Positions 26,529-35,494 of a stretch of DNA of 55,199 nt are shown in pieces (positions within the stretch are counted from its first letter, which is position 1; each line of letters starts with the position of its first letter). The DNA comes from a virus (taxonomy: Duplodnaviria > Caudoviricetes), in the IMG/VR virus record IMGVR_UViG_3300020445_001189, positions 1 through 55,199 of that record. One strand, written 5' to 3'. The notes under the pieces were generated by a model. That model had not been told where the DNA came from. It saw nothing but the letters and a program-made list of their open reading frames with translations, and did not search any database. The position numbers and the translations under genes are program-made.

Positions 26529-27369
26529 CTTTTATCTTTGCTAGTCTTTCTCTTATTTCTTCGTTAGTAATGTTTGGTGTTATTCCTACAACCTTAACAA
26601 ATAAATTTCCCGTTTGTCCTGACCTTTGATCTGGTAAACCTTGTCCACTAATGCTGAAAGTTGTATTGGAATTTGTGCCTGGAGGAACGTTAACACTTAA
26701 TTGCCTTTTATGTAAAGTATCAATTCTTATGTTTGTGCCTAATAGTAAGTCGAACACACTTACATTTCTTACTATATATAAATTTATGCCATCTACTTCA
26801 TAGTCGGTATGTCTTCTGACTCTTACTTTAACCAATAAGTTACCTCTTGGCATTTGTGGTACTTGATCACCACCCATTCCTGGATAACGTATTGTATCTC
26901 CTGGACGTACACCTTTTGGTAATGTAATGTTTACTGTTTGTTGTTTGCCACTAGGTAGTCTAAAGTTAGCTATTAGGTCTTTACCATTTATAATATCTTC
27001 TAATTCAATATCTGCGGCAATGGTAATGTCTGAATTACGCATCTGTCTTTGCCCAAATGGACTATTTGGTTGTGCAAATCCTTCGCCGAAAAATGTAGAA
27101 AATATTTCATTAAAGTCACCACCGTTAAAATGGAAACTTTGAGAGCTATTACGGAAGCCTTGTTGTTGTGGGTCAGCAGTTCCAAACTGATCGTACATTT
27201 GACGCTTGTTAGGGTCTTTTAAAGTTTGGTATGCTTCGTTAATTTTTTTGAATTCTTCTTGGTCACCACCGCGGTCAGGATGACTTTCCATAGACTTTTT
27301 CTTAAAAGCCTGTTTAAGTTCCTTATCTGATGCTCCTCGGGATACGCCGAGAGTATTGTAATAGTCCAT
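26503..27369 (-). CDS. DnaJ-class (class B, CbpA-like) co-chaperone
   Basis: J-domain with HPD, G/F region and C-terminal domain; no zinc finger. Confidence 0.92.
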   Translation of the reverse strand: MDYYNTLGVSRGASDKELKQAFKKKSMESHPDRGGDQEEFKKINEAYQTLKDPNKRQMYDQFGTADPQQQGFRNSSQSFHFNGGDFNEIFSTFFGEGFAQPNSPFGQRQMRNSDITIAADIELEDIINGKDLIANFRLPSGKQQTVNITLPKGVRPGDTIRYPGMGGDQVPQMPRGNLLVKVRVRRHTDYEVDGINLYIVRNVSVFDLLLGTNIRIDTLHKRQLSVNVPPGTNSNTTFSISGQGLPDQRSGQTGNLFVKVVGITPNITNEEIRERLAKIKDEIDISPK

Positions 27370-27374
27370 ACTAT

Positions 27375-27380
27375 TACTTA
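27375..27380 (-). promoter_or_regulatory. late promoter variant, leaderless spacing
   Basis: TAAGTA-N5-ATG(27369). Confidence 0.55.
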
Positions 27381-27392
27381 TCGGCTCTTAGG

Positions 27393-27770
27393 TTACTTTT
27401 TACCTGATCTTGAACCTGTGTATAAACCAAACCATGCCGCACCTGCACCAACTACTATACTAACAAGTCCTGATTGTTCCATAGTAGGTTGTGGAATTGC
27501 CATGTACCAAATTACAACTTTATATAACAAGTATATGTATGTTGTAATAAAAATACGAGGAAAAATTCTCCAACTATCTACAGCTCTTGCCATGTGTATT
27601 AATCTAGCATACGGGTTGGGACCTAAATCCTTTACCGAAGTGTCAACTTCTAACTCTACGTTTACCTTCTTCGTAACATCTGCCACTTTCTTGCCCCCTT
27701 CTGGTTTAAGTTCTGGTTTAATATTTTTTTTATTTTCTACTTTTTCCATTTTTAATCTCATGAATAGCAT
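27393..27770 (-). CDS. two-TM membrane protein (holin candidate)
   Basis: WRIFPR followed by two TM helices; located in the lysis region. Confidence 0.55.
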   Translation of the reverse strand: MLFMRLKMEKVENKKNIKPELKPEGGKKVADVTKKVNVELEVDTSVKDLGPNPYARLIHMARAVDSWRIFPRIFITTYIYLLYKVVIWYMAIPQPTMEQSGLVSIVVGAGAAWFGLYTGSRSGKK

Positions 27771-28131
27771 CGCTATTCTTCTTTATCTTATGTTCATTAG
27801 ATTTAGGTCTTGCATTAAACACGACCTTCTCTAATTTTAAGAACGGTATTCTTTCATTTGGAACATATCTCCAAACATAGTCCTCGTTTTCTTTGTGTAT
27901 GCCAAATACAGTATTTGAAATGCCTATCTTAACTATTATTGCCTGTTCGCCATCTAGTATTACGTGGTCACCTTCTTGGAAAGCACTATTCATTCTGAAC
28001 TTTAGTCCTTTAATTAAAGACGCCACAAAGTCTTTAAACCAGAATGCTAACGATATTGAAATTAATATCGCTATCCATGGTACTAACATTTCTGTTAGGT
28101 CCATAGATAATGTGTTTAAATCCGGGTTCAT
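27730..28131 (-). CDS. minimal MscS-like protein
   Basis: TM + KDFVASLIKGL...FQEGDHVILDG...IVKIGISNT...VPN. Confidence 0.7.
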   Translation of the reverse strand: MNPDLNTLSMDLTEMLVPWIAILISISLAFWFKDFVASLIKGLKFRMNSAFQEGDHVILDGEQAIIVKIGISNTVFGIHKENEDYVWRYVPNERIPFLKLEKVVFNARPKSNEHKIKKNSDAIHEIKNGKSRK

Positions 28132-28346
28132 TTCTTCTCAACAAGATCTATTAAGTCTTGTACCTTGGTTACATTATCTCCATCGGATTCTGAAATTTTT
28201 ACACCAGTTGCATTTTCAACTGCTATACATAATTCAATAGTATCGAACGGATCTGCATTTAAATCATCTACTAGATGTGACTCTGGTGTTACTTTACTTT
28301 CGTCTATACCTAAATGCTCTGCGATGCATTTTATAACTTCTTGCAT
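28128..28346 (-). CDS. acyl carrier protein homolog lacking the phosphopantetheine serine
   Basis: IAEHLGIDESKVTPESHLVDDLNADPFDTIEL aligns with AcpP LGADSLDTVEL. Confidence 0.85.
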   Translation of the reverse strand: MQEVIKCIAEHLGIDESKVTPESHLVDDLNADPFDTIELCIAVENATGVKISESDGDNVTKVQDLIDLVEKK

Positions 28347-28347
28347 T

Positions 28348-28626
28348 TTACTTCTTCTCCAATTTTTTAATTCGTTGTTCTAATTCGTCTATCTTTTTAG
28401 TTACGAATGGATACTTCTTTCTCCACAATTTAGGATCTTGTTCAAACCAAGTCCAACCCCATCTTGTTACTAGAAAATCTAATGTACGATCAAAATAACC
28501 ATATAACCAGATCCCTAATCTTGTTCCTTTAAAGTAGGTTGAAAAAGCTAACCCAAACAAAGACCCAACCAGAGCTGTGTAAATCCACAGTCGATCTGTA
28601 GCCATACGTTCAATCATTTCCCACAT
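28348..28626 (-). CDS. single-TM membrane protein
   Basis: 92 aa, GAGG RBS, late promoter at 28652-28658. Confidence 0.7.
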   Translation of the reverse strand: MWEMIERMATDRLWIYTALVGSLFGLAFSTYFKGTRLGIWLYGYFDRTLDFLVTRWGWTWFEQDPKLWRKKYPFVTKKIDELEQRIKKLEKK

Positions 28627-28661
28627 ATAATTTCCTCAGTTATTATATGTGTATTTATTCG

Positions 28662-29057
28662 TTATTTCTTTTTGTCGGAGGGTTTGTTATCAGTAGATTC
28701 GTAGTACTCTTTGTACGACTTGATAATTTCGTCTTGTTGTAGCATATATGCACGTATTTGTGCGAAGTTTTTAGCTAATGCTTCGTATCCTTCGTCAGTT
28801 AAGCCGAATAATACAGGGTCTACACCCCCTTCTTTAAGTTTAGCAAACACTTCATCAGCATTGTCGCTGGTTATAATAGTCCATTTGATTTCTTCTAATT
28901 TAGGAGTTAACGGCTCGGGTAGTGCAAGAGGTTGCCTATCTTCTTTTACTGAGAATATCTCTAATTGCTTAACTGCTGTTCCACAACTAGTAAGGAACGT
29001 AGTTAGGATTAGCAATACTAGGACACTCAGAATTGATTTCAGACTTCTTAGTTGCAT
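28662..29057 (-). CDS. putative o-spanin (lipoprotein)
   Basis: LTSC lipobox, Pro-rich region, overlaps the 3' end of the i-spanin candidate. Confidence 0.7.
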   Translation of the reverse strand: MQLRSLKSILSVLVLLILTTFLTSCGTAVKQLEIFSVKEDRQPLALPEPLTPKLEEIKWTIITSDNADEVFAKLKEGGVDPVLFGLTDEGYEALAKNFAQIRAYMLQQDEIIKSYKEYYESTDNKPSDKKK

Positions 29058-29472
29058 TTTTCTCTTTCTCCGTTAATGGACTTCCCATTGCAATTTCTTG
29101 ACATCTCATTGCATTCTGGGTTCCTTTGTTAATTATCTTCTCGACGGACGATGGTCTCTTCGTTGCGAGATCACCAACATCACGTACTTCGCCTTTTCCG
29201 TTTATTTTATTGAATTTTTTATCTAGAGCGGCAAACTCGGCTTTAAGAAGTTTGTTTTGTTTTTCTATTTTTTCGTTAATTTCAGTTATTGCTTTAAAGT
29301 CTGCTTTCATTTGTGTAATAACAGCTTTTTGACTTTCAACACTTTGTTCTAACTTGGCATTATTTGCTTCTGATGTAGCCAAGTCTGCTTTTAGATTTTT
29401 TACATACATAAATCCTCCGCCAGCACCTGCTAACATAATTACAATCATTGCTATTTTAATAGATCCAAACAT
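28987..29472 (-). CDS. putative i-spanin
   Basis: N-terminal TM and long coiled coil, downstream of the endolysin. Confidence 0.7.
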   Translation of the reverse strand: MFGSIKIAMIVIMLAGAGGGFMYVKNLKADLATSEANNAKLEQSVESQKAVITQMKADFKAITEINEKIEKQNKLLKAEFAALDKKFNKINGKGEVRDVGDLATKRPSSVEKIINKGTQNAMRCQEIAMGSPLTEKEKNATKKSEINSECPSIANPNYVPY

Positions 29473-29473
29473 A

Positions 29474-29605
29474 TTATTCTTCGTCCTCGCTATAACGCGG
29501 TTCGCTACAAACCAATATCTCTATAGGTTTATTATCTCCATCTTTAAATTCTTCGACTAATCTGCCTTCGTGCTGTCTACCGCAGTTCTGGCAGTATTTA
29601 ATCAT
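29474..29605 (-). CDS. small CxxC protein (43 aa)
   Basis: Hand translation MIKYCQNCGRQHEGRLVEEFKDGDNKPIEILVCSEPRYSEDEE; ATGA overlap with the endolysin stop. Confidence 0.6.
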   Translation of the reverse strand: MIKYCQNCGRQHEGRLVEEFKDGDNKPIEILVCSEPRYSEDEE

Positions 29606-30111
29606 ACTAACTGTTTGGCTAAATCTGTAGTTTCTTCAACTCTTCTTGTCCAACCTCTTCCAAATGTTGAAAAAGTAGAAAGACTTTCGTAATACTTTTG
29701 TCTTTCACCTTGGAAATTTTCAATAGTTGACTCAATGCCGTGTGCATCAACATACTCAGCCACCTTTGCTAGTGTATTAGGTCCAATGCCTCCGTCAGCA
29801 ACTGTACCAATCATAGTTTGTAAGTATTTTGCTGAACGTCCTGGGCCTGCATTAACACCAAAGTCGAAAACACATAAGTCTAATCCACCTGGTAAATCAT
29901 CACCCTTCATTTTATCCCAATAATTCTTTTTGTAAATAGGAGCAACATCTTCGACTAATAAGTCTTTCATGTCTTTTGTTCCACCCCATTCTTCGTAAAC
30001 TCTTTTTGTAACACCTAAGTTTGTTTCTCCACCTGGATCTTGTGGATGGTTTACATATCCACCTTCATGGTGCAGAATTGTTTCTAAACATTTATCGTAA
30101 TTTGATTGCAT
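29602..30111 (-). CDS. endolysin, glycoside hydrolase family 108 with peptidoglycan-binding domain
   Basis: HEGGYVNHPQDPGGETNLGVT, FDFGVNAG, DGGIGPNT, FGRGW. Confidence 0.93.
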   Translation of the reverse strand: MQSNYDKCLETILHHEGGYVNHPQDPGGETNLGVTKRVYEEWGGTKDMKDLLVEDVAPIYKKNYWDKMKGDDLPGGLDLCVFDFGVNAGPGRSAKYLQTMIGTVADGGIGPNTLAKVAEYVDAHGIESTIENFQGERQKYYESLSTFSTFGRGWTRRVEETTDLAKQLV

Positions 30112-30113
30112 TT

Positions 30114-30827
30114 TTAATTCCTTGTTGCTACGACTGTATATCCATTATTGGAAATAAGTATCTTATCTCCATACTTTTCAATATCATAGTCGCCTAAGTA
30201 TTTAGTAAGGTAAATTGTTTCAGGCCAAGAATTGATATTGTAGGACTCTGTAACTGCTTTGTTTATATCTTCAGTTTTACCAAAATCAACAACATTTAGT
30301 TTTAAATCACCACTATATTTTTTCTTAAATGTAATGCTGTCCTGCAACATTTCAATACTATCCAAATAACTCTTATTAAAGAAGTTTTTGTAGTTCTCCA
30401 TGTTGTTTTCATTAACCTTAATTTCATAAGCATCATTGTCTAATGGAACTATACTTGTAAGCGATTCTAGGTTAACTTCCTCGCTTTTAAAACTCTTGTA
30501 GTATCTGTATTTCATCTTACCTATATCTGACAGTTTTTGTACACCATCAACTATTTCAACTATTTGTTCTGGAACTTCTTTAGTTCTTTCCATCTCAACA
30601 AATACTTTATATGTTGCATCAGGTTGTTCACCGGAAGTTACATCAGCATCTAATACGAAAGGATAACCTTTCTCTATAAAATTCATTAAGTCGTTTGCTG
30701 ATTCTTTAGTTCTAGTTGAAAAACTTAATACAACTATATTCTTATCGTCACCCATTTTACTTTTAAATGAGTCAACTTCAAATATATCGTAAACTAATTC
30801 TCTAAGATCGTTTGTTTGTAATCCCAT
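30114..30827 (-). CDS. hypothetical phage protein
   Basis: 237 aa, DSFKSKMG, FIEKGYPFVLDADV. Confidence 0.75.
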   Translation of the reverse strand: MGLQTNDLRELVYDIFEVDSFKSKMGDDKNIVVLSFSTRTKESANDLMNFIEKGYPFVLDADVTSGEQPDATYKVFVEMERTKEVPEQIVEIVDGVQKLSDIGKMKYRYYKSFKSEEVNLESLTSIVPLDNDAYEIKVNENNMENYKNFFNKSYLDSIEMLQDSITFKKKYSGDLKLNVVDFGKTEDINKAVTESYNINSWPETIYLTKYLGDYDIEKYGDKILISNNGYTVVATRN

Positions 30828-31345
30828 TATACTGCTCCAGCTTCGGCACTAACTTCTGCGTCTTGTGGAACATCATCTATTGCTGGTTGTGTTGATGCTA
30901 CTGCTGGTTCTTTAACAAAGTCTAATTGTTCTTTGTATCCACTGTATATATTAAGTATTAAATCCTTAGGCATTTGTATTTCTACTATCCACATAGGCTT
31001 ACGGTCTAACTTACCTTTTTTAGAACCAGGTCTAATATCGTCTGGTTTACGTATTTTACGTGGAGTTAATATAGAGCTTTTTGCATATGATACTTTGCAG
31101 TCGTAATCTAGTAATCTTTTACCACCCATTGGGTCTGGCATTTTATCTCTAGGCCACATAAACTCGCAAGTAACCCAATGTCTATCGATCTTAGGTCCAG
31201 ATGCTAATTCGCCATCTTCCCAATTATCGTACACATATAAGTCTAATTCGTCTAAAACACGTTCAAAGTCTTTTAATATGCTAAAAGCGGTGTCGCTTTC
31301 ATATATTCCTTCTACGTTTTTAACTATGTCCATTACATCATGCAT
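30827..31345 (-). CDS. hypothetical phage protein
   Basis: 172 aa, DFERVLDELDLYV..NW..GEL..GP, MPDP.GG.RL; late promoter at 31371. Confidence 0.75.
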   Translation of the reverse strand: MHDVMDIVKNVEGIYESDTAFSILKDFERVLDELDLYVYDNWEDGELASGPKIDRHWVTCEFMWPRDKMPDPMGGKRLLDYDCKVSYAKSSILTPRKIRKPDDIRPGSKKGKLDRKPMWIVEIQMPKDLILNIYSGYKEQLDFVKEPAVASTQPAIDDVPQDAEVSAEAGAV

Positions 31346-31370
31346 ATACGTTCACCCATTCTTATACACT

Positions 31371-31430
31371 TATTTATCCGAGTTAAGTTTGAATAGTAGC
31401 ATATTTGTCTTTAGCTATACCAGGTAAATA
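31371..31430. promoter_or_regulatory. divergent late-promoter pair
   Basis: ATAAATA on the minus strand (31371-31377) and TAAATA on the plus strand (31425-31430). Confidence 0.6.
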
Positions 31431-31509
31431 TTTGTGTAGAGACGCATTTTAGTTGTGTTAATACAATTAAGGTGTTCCTTTGCGTGATTAACTCATAAGG
31501 AGATACTTA

Positions 31510-32226
31510 ATGGGTGCTAAAAGAAGCAAAAGACGTTACGAACAGCAACGTTCGAATATTATTAACTTTCAACCACACAAACACAAACAAGTACAAATAC
31601 TACCTAGAAATAAAAATCAAGAAACATATATGCTAAAACTGTTGGACGCCCGAAAAGACATAGTCTTTGGCATTGGTCCTGCGGGAACCGGTAAGACCCT
31701 ATTAGCGGTCCAGGTGGCTATTAAGAATTTTAAAGAAGGGTTGTTTGACAAGATTGTGATTACAAGACCAGCTGTGTCAGTAGATGAAGATTTAGGATTT
31801 TTACCAGGAACTATGGAAGATAAAATGGCTCCTTGGACAAGACCTATATTTGATGTATTCAAACAATACTACCATCCAAAGGAAATATCTAGTATGCTTG
31901 AAGATGACATAGTAGAAATTGCTCCGCTGTCTTATATGCGAGGGCGTACTTTTAAAAAAGCATTTATTGTTGCAGATGAAATGCAGAACGCAACACAAAG
32001 TCAAATGAAAATGCTATTAACAAGAATAGGAGAAAGATCACAAATGGCTGTGACAGGAGATTTGCATCAAGCAGATAGAATGTCAAACAACGGTCTTTTA
32101 GATTTTGTAAAAAAATTAGAAGGGCACAGAGACGAAACTTCACATATAGACATTGTCCGTTTCCAACACGGAGACATAGAAAGGCACAAGGCAGTTAGTG
32201 AAGTGTTAGATATTTACGGAGACTAG
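31510..32226 (+). CDS. phoH: PhoH-family ATPase
   Basis: GPAGTGKT, LGFLPG, MRGRTF, DEMQN, GDLHQAD; AAGGAG RBS. Confidence 0.96.
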   Translation: MGAKRSKRRYEQQRSNIINFQPHKHKQVQILPRNKNQETYMLKLLDARKDIVFGIGPAGTGKTLLAVQVAIKNFKEGLFDKIVITRPAVSVDEDLGFLPGTMEDKMAPWTRPIFDVFKQYYHPKEISSMLEDDIVEIAPLSYMRGRTFKKAFIVADEMQNATQSQMKMLLTRIGERSQMAVTGDLHQADRMSNNGLLDFVKKLEGHRDETSHIDIVRFQHGDIERHKAVSEVLDIYGD

Positions 32227-33020
32227 TCGCCTAGTTTCCACTTTTTAGTGTAATCGCCAGGAAGGTCTGTGTCGTGGGCATCTACAATATAGTCTTTCTT
32301 GGCGTGTTGCCACTTAGACCATCCGTTAAAAGTAATCTTATTAGTTTGAATTATAGCATTGTGTCTATCAACGGCAGTTTTAGTTAACTCACTTGTACGA
32401 GCAACAATCTTTTCACGTTTAATAGGTACTACTTGTACTAACGGTTCGCCTAACTTAATAAACGTAGGCTTAATTTCTTTTAACATAATATTAAGAGGAC
32501 TCATTAAAGCACCTAAGTCATGATCAATTATACCTGGCGGTGCTGTGTAGTTTCGATCTTCATAATAAAACATTGGCAAGTACATTAGACTCCAGTTTTT
32601 AGGTTGCCATATTTTCCAAGGACAATCTAATTTTACTGCTGACCTAACACCAAACTCTTGCATAACAGAACTTGCTTCATTATGTACTTGATCAGCTGGG
32701 TGAAACGCACTATTATAACTAGGGTCTGAATATCTAGTTTCTACATTTAGTCCATCTTGACTAGGAATAATATCCATATCACACCAAGCTGGAATAATAA
32801 AGCCTGTCTTCATATAGTCGCCTATACCTGGACAAGCTCTAATAGTTTGATCGCTATCTATTTTATGTTTTTGTTTATCAGTAAAAGTAGGCATTTTCTT
32901 CCATGCACTAGGAAGAAATTCTGAAGCAGGTCTTATTGGTGCGTATTTTCTTACAGCCCAATTTTCTGTTTCAAAATAAACTTTTGGTTCGTCTGATTCC
33001 TTTTTCCAATTAAACATCAA
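32223..33020 (-). CDS. DUF6065-like / dUTPase-like fold protein
   Basis: TIRACPGIGDY...GFIIPAWCD, PGIIDHD, IKLGEPLVQVVPIKR. Confidence 0.6.
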   Translation of the reverse strand: MMFNWKKESDEPKVYFETENWAVRKYAPIRPASEFLPSAWKKMPTFTDKQKHKIDSDQTIRACPGIGDYMKTGFIIPAWCDMDIIPSQDGLNVETRYSDPSYNSAFHPADQVHNEASSVMQEFGVRSAVKLDCPWKIWQPKNWSLMYLPMFYYEDRNYTAPPGIIDHDLGALMSPLNIMLKEIKPTFIKLGEPLVQVVPIKREKIVARTSELTKTAVDRHNAIIQTNKITFNGWSKWQHAKKDYIVDAHDTDLPGDYTKKWKLGD

Positions 33021-33669
33021 GTTCCTTTATTAGTGGAAATATTTTAGTAATAGCTTTGGCACATTCACGAGCAATTTCCATGTGTTCTTTTTGTGTACCA
33101 TTTGCTCCACGTAATTCAATATAATGGACCCAACTTCTTAAAGTACCATTCATATATAATTTAGTCACAGTTAAGCCTTCAGGTAGTACGACTCTGGCTT
33201 GTTCTTTTGCAATACCCTGTGCAATAGCCCAATCATATGTTTCTTTAGCTTGTTTAATAATTGCTTTTTGTCTATTACCCCAAGCCATTTCCAATTCAAC
33301 ATCATGGAACTCAATACTATTTTGTCTATTACTTGGATCTTGTAATCTTGCTTCTCTATATGTAAATGATTCTTCCATATCTGTTGGCTTTGCATAACGT
33401 TGACTAAATTCTTGAAAACTAAAACTTCTATGTCTTACAATTTGGTGTGCAATATCTCTAGTTGTTTCTATTTCTAAACAAGCACTAACCATTTCTAATG
33501 GTGACCAATGCTTATGCTTAATCAAGTATTTGATTAATTTACCACTTGTTTCGTGATTCATTTGATTAGCAGGATTACTTACCCTAGCACAAAAGGCAAT
33601 TAGCTCTTGACAATCAAATAACTCTAAATCATCTGGTGCCTTACTATATGAAATTAATTTAACTTTCAT
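33010..33669 (-). CDS. thyX: flavin-dependent thymidylate synthase
   Basis: HWSPLE, RHRSFSFQEFSQRY, EQARVVLP, TQKEH. Confidence 0.96.
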   Translation of the reverse strand: MKVKLISYSKAPDDLELFDCQELIAFCARVSNPANQMNHETSGKLIKYLIKHKHWSPLEMVSACLEIETTRDIAHQIVRHRSFSFQEFSQRYAKPTDMEESFTYREARLQDPSNRQNSIEFHDVELEMAWGNRQKAIIKQAKETYDWAIAQGIAKEQARVVLPEGLTVTKLYMNGTLRSWVHYIELRGANGTQKEHMEIARECAKAITKIFPLIKELDV

Positions 33670-33672
33670 TTT

Positions 33673-33996
33673 TTATCCTGTTCTGTAAATAATGTGTACA
33701 CCGAACTCGGTGACTATTGGGTGAACACCCATCTCGCCTTTAGGAATAGATTGACAGGCAGTAGTAAATTCTACTACCATATCTTCTGGTAAAAACCAAC
33801 CTAAATCTCCACCTGATCGCTTACCACTCGGACAAGCACTATTTTCTTTTGCGGCGATCTCAAAAGAAATTTTTCCATCTTGAATTTCTTTTTGTACACG
33901 TTCAGCGTCTTTCATTGCAAACGCAATACCTCGACTATGCGTACTGTTTTTCGCACCGGCATAAGAAAATAGAATATGTGAAGCTCTCATTTTCAT
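33673..33996 (-). CDS. parvulin-type peptidyl-prolyl isomerase
   Basis: ASHIL, SACPS...GGDLGWF, TEFGVHII. Confidence 0.93.
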   Translation of the reverse strand: MKMRASHILFSYAGAKNSTHSRGIAFAMKDAERVQKEIQDGKISFEIAAKENSACPSGKRSGGDLGWFLPEDMVVEFTTACQSIPKGEMGVHPIVTEFGVHIIYRTG

Positions 33997-34000
33997 ATCA

Positions 34001-34324
34001 TTAATCTCCTTTACCTGGTTTTTCCGATATACCTATATGTACTACCGGAATTTTATCAGCCAATACATCTTCGGGTCTTGCCTTAGTAATGTTGGGCCAT
34101 TCATAACTATATTTACTATTGATATCCAGCCACTTACCATCGTCTTGACTGTCAGGAATAATTGCATCTACAGGGCATTCAGGTTCGCAAACACCACAGT
34201 CTATACATTCATCAGGATTAATAACGAGCATATTCTCGCCTTCATAAAAACAATCCACTGGGCACACTTCCACACAGGTCATATGCTTACAGTTGGTACA
34301 CTTGTCGTTTACGAGATATGTCAT
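34001..34324 (-). CDS. FdxA-type dicluster ferredoxin
   Basis: CxxCxxxxCxxxCP and [12 protein letters not shown]. Confidence 0.95.
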   Translation of the reverse strand: MTYLVNDKCTNCKHMTCVEVCPVDCFYEGENMLVINPDECIDCGVCEPECPVDAIIPDSQDDGKWLDINSKYSYEWPNITKARPEDVLADKIPVVHIGISEKPGKGD

Positions 34325-34329
34325 ACAAC

Positions 34330-34335
34330 TATTTA
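34330..34335 (-). promoter_or_regulatory. T4-type late promoter, leaderless spacing
   Basis: TAAATA-N5-ATG(34324). Confidence 0.7.
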
Positions 34336-34578
34336 CATTGTCCAGCTAAGAATACCACGTACTGCTAAAACTAGATAAAATAGTTCCATTAAAGCACGTG
34401 GAGTATCCTTGTCCTTTACTCCCATGTAAATCCAAATTAAACAACTGAAACAAGCAACCGACCAACCTACCCATTGTACAGCAGGATCACCCCCACTTAA
34501 TATGAAAGCTGAAGCCATTGCAAGAATAAATCCTAACCATCTCCACCCGTCTATTTTGTGGTAGTACCGGATCTTCAT
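34333..34578 (-). CDS. small three-TM membrane protein
   Basis: 81 aa, hydrophobic. Confidence 0.7.
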   Translation of the reverse strand: MKIRYYHKIDGWRWLGFILAMASAFILSGGDPAVQWVGWSVACFSCLIWIYMGVKDKDTPRALMELFYLVLAVRGILSWTM

Positions 34579-34579
34579 T

Positions 34580-35494
34580 TTACAACCTTGCTAGTTTGAT
34601 TAATGTTGCCGCTAAATTTATTTCTGGATCTACAACTAATGTATGATCCACTAATCCTTGTTTGATTATGATTGTTGCTTTATCTTGATTTTCCTCATTA
34701 CCAAACAATTCAATATTGTCATAAAGCCATCTGTAAACTTCTTCCATCTCTTCTGCTCTAGCACTTGCACAAACAAGTTTCCTTGCTTTTGTAATATCTC
34801 CTGCTTTAAACAGTTCGACCATTTCAAGTTTCCAGTCAGCTTCGTTTTTATCGCTTTCGTTTGGTTTAAGAAGTTTGCCGTCTTGTGAATTCATTTGTAC
34901 AGTATTAATACATTTACGTAAATCAGGATAACTTGCTTTTACATAAGTGTCAAGTGTATCTAAGTCTGGTTGTACACCTTCTGCAATTAAAATTTCTGCC
35001 ACTCTTGCTGTAAATTCGTTTGTGTCTACTTTTGCAATATGAAAGCCTTGACATCTACTATGAAGTGCAGGAATAATTCTGTTTGGATAGTTACAAGTTA
35101 ATATGAATCTACTTGTAGTATGATATTCTTCCATCACACCACGTAATGCCGCCTGTGCATTTGGACTTAAATAATCTGCCTCATCAAGTAGTACTACTTT
35201 AAATGGACCAAAAGGTATCATTTGTACAAAGTTTACAATTTTATCTCTTACATCATCAACACTATTTGTTCTACTTGCATTTATTTCAAGTACATCTAAG
35301 TCGTTAATTTCTAGTTCATTAAATAATAATTTTGCTAATGTAGTTTTACCTATACCTGCATTACCACTAAACAACAAATGCGGAATTGTCTTTTCTTTAA
35401 TCCATTGTTGTACTTGTGATTTTTGGTGTTCATCTCTAAACACATATCCGTCTACTGTTTTCGGACGATATTTTTCTACCCAAAGTTCTTTCAC
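34580..35494 (-). CDS. clamp loader AAA+ subunit (RFC small/gp44-like)
   Basis: WVEKYRP, GNAGIGKTT, INAS, LDEAD, SRC. Confidence 0.95.
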   Translation of the reverse strand: MKELWVEKYRPKTVDGYVFRDEHQKSQVQQWIKEKTIPHLLFSGNAGIGKTTLAKLLFNELEINDLDVLEINASRTNSVDDVRDKIVNFVQMIPFGPFKVVLLDEADYLSPNAQAALRGVMEEYHTTSRFILTCNYPNRIIPALHSRCQGFHIAKVDTNEFTARVAEILIAEGVQPDLDTLDTYVKASYPDLRKCINTVQMNSQDGKLLKPNESDKNEADWKLEMVELFKAGDITKARKLVCASARAEEMEEVYRWLYDNIELFGNEENQDKATIIIKQGLVDHTLVVDPEINLAATLIKLARL

